DNA of 16,517 bases from positions 1-16,517 of the forward strand of contig NW_021825084.1 in the NCBI RefSeq assembly GCF_006345805.1, written 5' to 3'. Positions 10,228 to 16,517 of this stretch are shown piece after piece. The stretch comes from Octopus sinensis (taxonomy: Eukaryota). How positions within the stretch are numbered: the stretch's first letter is position 1; every line of letters begins with the position of its first letter. The notes under the pieces are model-generated. The model ran no database searches. It was not told the DNA's origin and worked only from the letters and a program-made list of their open reading frames with translations. The translations under genes and the position numbers were made by a program.

Positions 10228-13200
10228 TCAGAGAATCCACCACACACCCAACATTATCACTATCAATGCCATACAACCCACCATGGGCCAGAAGTGTTCT
10301 TCCTTTTCTAGAAATCTAGCAAAACCTTCAAGTCTTTTACCATTTATTCTCAGTTTCACAGCAAGAAAATCAGCTAATTTACCAACTCTCTTGGCTCCAA
10401 TTTCAAGCACTTCCAGTTGATTTGCAAGCAATTTTGGTACATCACCATCATTTTCTTCTATTTCATTGTTGTCATTTACCAGTCTAACACCAGTTTCTCT
10501 GATTTTACAACCCAGCTTTGCCATTCTATTACCATACATTATCAATTCCCTACTACAAAATCTTCTTATGCTCCGACGAACCCATCCTAATATACCGCCC
10601 TCCTGTGGCTGTTCACTGCCTTTTCCTTTTATACTATCAAACAGTATCAGTATAGCACCCAACCTACCTAACCCAAATGCATAAAACGACAAAACTACAC
10701 TACCGATCTTTCTCAATACTTTATCAAACAGATTGAGTGGACGTGCGGTGTACCTCAATAGAGCCAAAAGCCATTTTATTAGCTTCTCAATCATTTTTAG
10801 TAGTTGAATAACGTATATTTTTGAATGATTAAAGGACTTTTTCAATGCATTAAAAACCCATTCCAGTGCAGCACCAAGCGATTCCAATAGTGTAACAATG
10901 CCTCTTATAACATTCTGGAAAAGCCATCCTAATGCGCCAGCAACCCATTGCCCTATACTAAAAAGCAACTTTCCCAGTGCGGAATGGGCAATCCATTCCA
11001 CTATACTAATAACCCATCCCACTACTTTACTAACACCCCAAATCACTGCTCTAGAAACCAATCCTACAATGCTGCTAACAATAAACCCCAGTCCGTAACC
11101 AATCCACTCAACTACACTGCCAACTAACCCTACTACACTACTAACTAGTCCCACTACTCTATTAACAACCCATCCCACTCCGTTAGCAATGAATCCCACT
11201 ACACTAGCAATGCTTTCCACTACACTAGAAAGAAGCTTTCCCACTACACTATTAGCAACCCACCCCACTGCACTACCAATAATTCCAACTATACTACTAA
11301 CAACCAAACCCAACCCCCTACCAACCCGATCCGCTACATCACCAATAATTCCAACTATACTACTAACAACCAAACCCAACCCCCTACCAACCCGATCCGC
11401 TACATCACCAATAATTCCAACTATACTACTGGCAACCAATCCCATTCCATTACCAATCCATTTTAATCTACTAATAACCTTTTCTTTAAATCGCTAACAA
11501 AGCCTAGACTGTTACGACTCTCTCTCAATATACTACTGAACCGATCCATTCCAAACCTAATCCATTCTAGTTTATTAACAAGCCATGCTATTTTAATAAC
11601 ACCACATTGCATGACACCATTAGTAATTGTTTTCACTCTATTTGCTAACTTATTCATTTCATTACCAAGTGATTTCAGTGCACTACTACCAATCATTCCA
11701 AGTCCATTAGCAACATATTTTAATCCCTCATCAGTCAATTCCATTGCGCCACTAACCGCCACTCCAAGTCCATTAGCAACCTTTCTTACTCCATTACCAG
11801 CCAATTCCATTGAACCACTAGCCGCCCATCCAAGTCCATTAGCAACCTTTCTTACTCCATTACCAGCCAATTCCACTGAACCACTAGCCGCCCATCCAAG
11901 TCCATTAGCAAACTTTCTTACTCCATTACCAACCAATTCCATTGAACCACTAGCCGCCCATCCAAGTCCATTAGCAACCTTTCTTACTCCATTACTAGCC
12001 AATTCCACTGAACCACCTGCAGCCCGTCCAAGTCCATTAGCAACATTTCTTACTACATTACTAGCCAAATCCACTGAACCACTAGCAGCCCGTCCAAGTC
12101 CATTAGCAACATTTCTTATTCCATTACCAGCCAATTCCACTGAACCACTAGCAGCCCGTCCAAGTCCATTAGCAACCTTTCTTATTCCATTACCAGCCAA
12201 TTCCACTGAACCACCTGCAGCCCGTCCAAGTACATTAGCAACATTTCTTATTCCATTACCAGCCAATTCCACTGAACCACCTGCAGCCCGTCCAAGTCCA
12301 TTAGCAACATTTCTTATTCCATTCCCAGCCAATTCCACTGAACCACCTGCAGCCCGTCCAAGTCCATTAGCAACATTTCTTATTCCATTACTAGCCAATT
12401 CCACTGAACCACCTGCAGCCCGTCCAAGTCCATTAGCAACATTTCTTATTCCATTACCAGCCAATTCCACTGAACCACCTGCAGCCCGTCCAAGTCCATT
12501 AGCAACATTTCTTATTCCATTACCAGCCAATTCCACTGAACCACCTGCAGCCCGTCCAAGTCCATTAGCAACATTTCTTATTCCATTACTAGCCAATTCC
12601 ACTGAACCACCTGCAGCCCGTCCAAGTCCATTAGCAACATTTCTTACTCCATTACTAGCCAATTCCACTGAACCACCTGCCGCCCATCCAAGTCCATTAG
12701 CAACATTTCTTACTCCATTACCAGCCAATTCCACTGAACCACCTGCAGCCCGTCCAAGTCCATTAGCAACATTTCTTATTCCATTACCAGCCAATTCCAC
12801 TGAACCACCTGCAGCCCGTCCAAGTCCATTAGCAACATTTCTTATTCCATTACCAGCCAATTCCACTGAACCACTGCAGCCGTCCAAGTCCATTAGCAAC
12901 ATTTCTTATTCCATTACCAGCCAATTCCACTGAACCACCTGCAGCCCGTCCAAGTCCATTAGCAACATTTCTTATTCCATTACTAGCCAATTCCACTGAA
13001 CCACCTGCAGCCCGTCCAAGTCCATTAGCAACATTTCTTACTCCATTACCAGCCAATTCCATTGAACCACCTGCTGCCCGTCCAAGTCCATTTGCAACAT
13101 TTCTTATTCCATTCCCAGCCAATTCCATTGAACCACCTGCTGCCCGTCCAAGTCCATTTGCAACATTTCTTATTCCATTCCCAGCCAATCCTATTGAACC

Positions 13201-14827
13201 ACCAGCAGCCCATCCAAGTCCATTAGCAACATTTCTTATTCCATTACCAGCCAATTCCACTGAACCACCTGCAGCCCGTCCAAGTCCATTAGCAACATTT
13301 CTTATTCCATTACTAGCCAATTCCACTGAACCACCTGCAACCCGTCCAAGTCCATTAGCAACATTTCTTACTCCATTACCAGCCAATTCCATTGAACCAC
13401 CCGCTGCCCATCCAAGTCCATTTGCAACATTTCTTACTCCATTCCCAGCCAATCCTATTGAACCACCAGCAGCCCATCCAAGTCCATTAGCAACATTTCT
13501 TACTCCATTCCCAGCCAATCCTATTGAACCACCAGCAGCCCATCCAAGTCCATTAGCAACATTTCTTACTCCATTCCCAGCCAATCCTATTGAACCACCA
13601 GCAGCCCATCCAAGTCCATTAGCAACATTTCTTCCTCTTTTACTCATCCATCCCATGACATTATTACCAAACCATCCAAAACTACCATCGCTTCCATTTA
13701 CTTTACTCTGCCCCCTATCCACATTACAAATTCCTCCCTCTACCCTCGTCTTTCCTCCCTTTACCTTACCATGACCACCATCCACACTACTATTCCCTGT
13801 TTTTACTCTATTTTCTCCTTTATCATCCCTACTTTCCTCTTCCTCTGCATTACCACACCGTTTCTTTACTTTTTCACGCCCTCTATCTACAATACCATTC
13901 CTTATCTCTATCGTACCATGCGCTCCCTCTTCCCTAGCATCCCCTCCCTCTTCCCTAGCTTCCCCTCCTTCTTCCCTAGCTTCCCCTCCCTCTTCCCTAG
14001 CTTCCCCTCCCTCTACCCTAGCTTCCTCTCCCTCTTCGCTAGCTTCCCCTCCCTCTTCCCTAGCTTCCCCTCCCTCTTCGCTAACTTCCCCTCCCTCTTC
14101 CCTAGCTTTCCCTCCCTCTTCCCTAGCTTCCCCTCCCTCTTCCCAACCCTCCCCTACATCTAAGATACCATCCCCTCCCTCTACATTATCATCTCCTCCT
14201 TCTACTGTACCAACACCACCCGATACAATAGAACCCCTTCCATCTACCCTAGCAGCTCCTCCCATTCTATTGCCACGCCCTCCCTCTACAATTGCATCCA
14301 GTCTATGATAGCATCCCCACCTAATTTCTTCTATTCCATAAAACCTTCCCTCTAATCCACCTTGCATTTCCCACTTATATGCAATAGACTGGAGCTGTGG
14401 ACCATCTGGGATACTCCGTAGCATGCAAAACGCTTCGCGTACTTCGTAGTCTGCTTCAATAATTCTTCCTTCTATTCTGTTACCAATATGGCTGTGCCAA
14501 GCAATTGGTAATGGGTTCCATATAGACGTCAATAAAAATCCTCCTACCCGACCATTCCCTACCCGTACACCAGCAAACATTCCTCCCCATATAAGAACTC
14601 TTCCTTCTGTTCCTTCACCAGTACATCTCCGCCATAAGATAGGCAGACGAAGAAATATAAGATCATTTGACTCTTCTACCATTAACCATAACATACCAAA
14701 CCTTTCCAATTCTTCACCAACACCACCACCACCACCATCACGACCACCGCCATATCCACCTTGGTCGATGCTGTCCATGTAAATATTTTCACTTAAAGCT
14801 TCTTCAATATATGTCGCGGAGCGCCCC
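10228..14827 (-). CDS. Giant terminal exon of an uncharacterised repeat protein (7-aa repeats, 22-aa hendecad repeats, C-terminal TM tail), interrupted by two frameshifts
   Basis: ORFs 12850-14778, 11463-12902 and 10228-11445 overlap or abut and carry the same 22-aa motif. The first and last are in the same frame. The break at ~12871-12885 is one repeat unit lacking two C's (ccactgcagccgtcc vs ccacctgcagcccgtcc). The break at ~11484-11490 needs one extra base. The frame stays open upstream of ATG 14778 to an acceptor TTTTGTTATAATTCTTCTACAG|G, with the exon starting at 14827. Unit differences are synonymous (GGT/GGG, GCT/GCA) or mostly conservative (I/V, G/S, V/M/I) on this strand. Confidence 0.85.
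11270..11460 (-). repeat. Second 66-bp coding repeat, ~3 units (DRVGRGLGLVVSSIVGIIGDVA)
   Basis: ccaataattccaactatactact recurs three times at 66-nt spacing. Confidence 0.9.
11787..13632 (-). repeat. Coding minisatellite: 28 near-perfect 66-bp units (RNVANGLG[R/W]AAGGSVELAGNG[I/V]); two further degenerate units extend to ~11655
   Basis: Period of 66 measured directly (ttccactgaa at 12531 and 12597). Units were counted from the translations: 28x66-2 = 1846 nt, matching the coordinates. Confidence 0.95.
13924..14144 (-). repeat. 21-bp coding tandem repeat, ~10 units (EEGGEAR)
   Basis: ccctcttccctagcttcccct is repeated, translating to EEGGEAR, EEGGKAR, EEGGEVS and similar. Confidence 0.95.
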
Positions 14828-15084
14828 CTGTAGAAGAATTATAACAAAACGGAAATAAGTAAATACATAAAGCCACTAATGGAGTCTCTAAAAAAACAAG
14901 GAATATCCCTCAAGGCACAGTTCTTCAATAACGAGCAGGTCAAAGTAGTTAGTGTAGTCTAAGATATCCTATGCCAACATATTGTGAACAGTGTCTTGGG
15001 ATATGTAATCGATTTAAAGTTTTCCAAATTGAATCCATAAGAATATGGAATCAATGTGTCAATAAAATTCCAACTTATTCTCAC

Positions 15085-15162
15085 TTTACTTGTTTCTTGG
15101 CCTCAAACTCCACCACCCTGTCTCGATATATCTGAAGCGCAGAGGCCAAGGACATCGCCGCC
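15085..15162 (-). CDS. Predicted 78-nt internal exon of the repeat-protein gene (..AAMSLASALQIYRDRVVEFEAKKQV-K..)
   Basis: GC-richer island with acceptor TTCTGTCATTGCAG| and donor |GTGAGA (GT at 15084-15083). It is stop-free and ends in phase 2, matching the phase-2 acceptor at 14827 (AA+G = Lys). It contains an alternative ATG at 15155 (GCGGCGATGT). Confidence 0.65.
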
Positions 15163-15354
15163 CTGCAATGACAGAATTACTCTATATTTTAACAGATTGT
15201 ACAACTGAAGACTTTGTCTATTTCAAAAACCTATAACTCAGAACTGTCGCGGAAGCATCTATCTTAAGTAGACTTTTAAGACAAATCGTTCTATGATTAG
15301 TTTATTTGGAACATCCATTCCTTGTATTTGAATTTGCATGTGTATGTGTTTGGT

Positions 15355-15460
15355 CCCAGACGTGGCTATATAGCGAAATGTTTGTTTCATAACCACATCG
15401 GCCAGGTTCAGTCCCTCGAGCCGACCAGAAGCTCGTGAATGGATTTGCTATACAAACTGT
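15355..15460 (+). mobile_element. Decayed, internally deleted SINE head related to 8265-8673
   Basis: Shares gtggct...aaccacat..ggttcagtccc...gccgacca..ctcgtga.tggatttg with that SINE. Confidence 0.6.
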
Positions 15461-15477
15461 TAAATATATGCAAGCAT

Positions 15478-15572
15478 GCATACATACATGCATACATACA
15501 TACATACATACATACATACATACATACATACATACATACATACATACATACATACAAACTTACATACATACA
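15478..15572. repeat. (TACA)n microsatellite
   Basis: Read directly from the sequence. Confidence 0.95.
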
Positions 15573-15717
15573 TGCATGCCTAGATGCGGGCTGATATAGA
15601 TGTATACACACGTTTTGTCAACAAGTGAGATATATTATTCGTGATGAAACGCAGTAAGTGGCTTGGTCCCAGTTCGAACATGCATCAAGCATATTCAGAC
15701 TGATAATAACATAGCAA

Positions 15718-15727
15718 TACATATATG

Positions 15728-15780
<53 letters not shown>

Positions 15781-15917
15781 GCACACACACATGCTTACGC
15801 ACATATATACTTGCGCATATCTGCATACACATATATATATATGTGTGTGTGTGTATATATATATATACATATACATACATACATATTCAAACACTACACA
15901 CACATATATGCATACAT
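15718..15917. repeat. Compound (CA)n/(TA)n/(TG)n microsatellite
   Basis: Read directly from the sequence. Confidence 0.9.
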
Positions 15918-16261
15918 CTCATTCTCGCTCACAACATCATAAGCGGAAAGTGTAACCTCTCGAAAGACCTGTTCTTCACTCCTGCTCCAGAGCGTCGGCT
16001 GCAGGGTCGCTCAGAAAAGCTCTATCTGCGACGATTTCATCTCAATCGAAGGAGGGGGGCTTTCTCCGTCCGGGTTGCGGATCCGTGGAATAAGCTGCCG
16101 GACGAGATAGTGAAGATGCCGACGACCGCTCGGTTCAAAGTCTCCCTTGACCACAAATGGCCTGAACTCTTTGCATGAACACCACCCTGTACATAACTCC
16201 ATGCCCCCATACATGACCTTGCTTTTTGCTTTTTGAGCCAAAAAATTAACTTAACTTAACT
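15918..16261 (+). mobile_element. 5'-truncated CR1/L2-group LINE 3' end, intronic and antisense to the gene
   Basis: LILAHNIISG...KLYLRRFHLNRRRGAFSVRVADPWNKLPDEIV..FKVSLD matches the ORF2 C-terminal FFSxRVVxxWNxLP..FKxxLD motif. Stop at 16178, short 3' UTR, (TTAAC)3 tail, possible ATACAT target duplication. Confidence 0.85.
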
Positions 16262-16345
16262 ATACATATAGTTGTACTGAGTATCTCGTCGTTGCGGGTT
16301 AAGTTTCACATTAGAATACCTTGGCGGACTTTCGGAGAAGCTTAC

Positions 16346-16398
16346 CCACATAAGTTGGATTTCTCCGTTTTGAAGGATTTACAATTTCTTTTTTCCAT
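16346..16398 (-). CDS. Predicted first coding exon (MEKRNCKSFKTEKSNLC-G)
   Basis: ATG at 16398, with another in-frame ATG at 16449. There are 17 codons plus GG, then donor |GTAAGC at 16345. It ends in phase 2, matching the acceptor at 15162 (GG+G = Gly). No transcript evidence is available. Confidence 0.45.
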
Positions 16399-16517
16399 CA
16401 CACACTTGCAAATGATGTAGAGAATCTTTTTATAAAAAACGTTTTCCATAAATTTATGAAATCTCCCTCTCTCCCCTTCTGGGCCGATTCATTTTATTTT
16501 ATTTAATATTTTGCACT

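Noticed and set aside
10790-11460. Phage tape-measure protein or endogenous virus
   Set aside because: The resemblance is only the 11-residue Trp/Phe spacing. There are no neighbouring viral genes, and the ORF has spliceosomal intron signals.
11611-12933. 440-aa plus-strand ORF (PSPLATFLIPLPANSTEPPAAR)n with an N-S-T sequon in most units
   Set aside because: Antisense shadow of the 66-bp array. It has no non-repetitive flanks, and variants silent on the minus strand (GGT/GGG, GCT/GCA) change L to F on this strand.
11787-13632. CRISPR-like or non-coding satellite interpretation of the array
   Set aside because: There are no unique spacers, the period is a multiple of 3 with an open frame, and the context is eukaryotic.
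16427-16434. TATAAAAA box upstream of the predicted first exon
   Set aside because: It would leave only a few nt of 5' UTR before ATG 16398, and such motifs are common in AT-rich DNA.

Overview
AT-rich, microsatellite-dense animal genomic DNA. The SINE families resemble those of Octopus (coleoid cephalopod); this is recognised from memory, not from a search. Left part (1-9400) is a mosaic of mobile-element debris: a degenerate ~2.3-2.6 kb duplication, two tRNA-derived SINEs, a non-autonomous Helitron, two R4/Dong-type LINE 3' ends in (TAA)n, and six complete or variant plus one half type-I hammerhead-ribozyme motifs of the Penelope-like-element kind. Each hammerhead lies ~80-150 nt upstream of a (TA)n tract, and they form three tail-to-tail pairs. 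Right part (10228-16398, minus strand) holds a single gene that the ORF track splits into three. I reconstruct it as two small exons plus a ~4.6 kb terminal exon with phase-compatible splice sites, broken by two frameshifts that are probably homopolymer assembly errors. It would encode a ~1,580-aa protein I do not recognise: a 7-aa Gly/Glu-rich repeat region, about 950 aa in 11/22-residue amphipathic-helix register including 28 near-perfect 66-bp units, and a C-terminal transmembrane tail.
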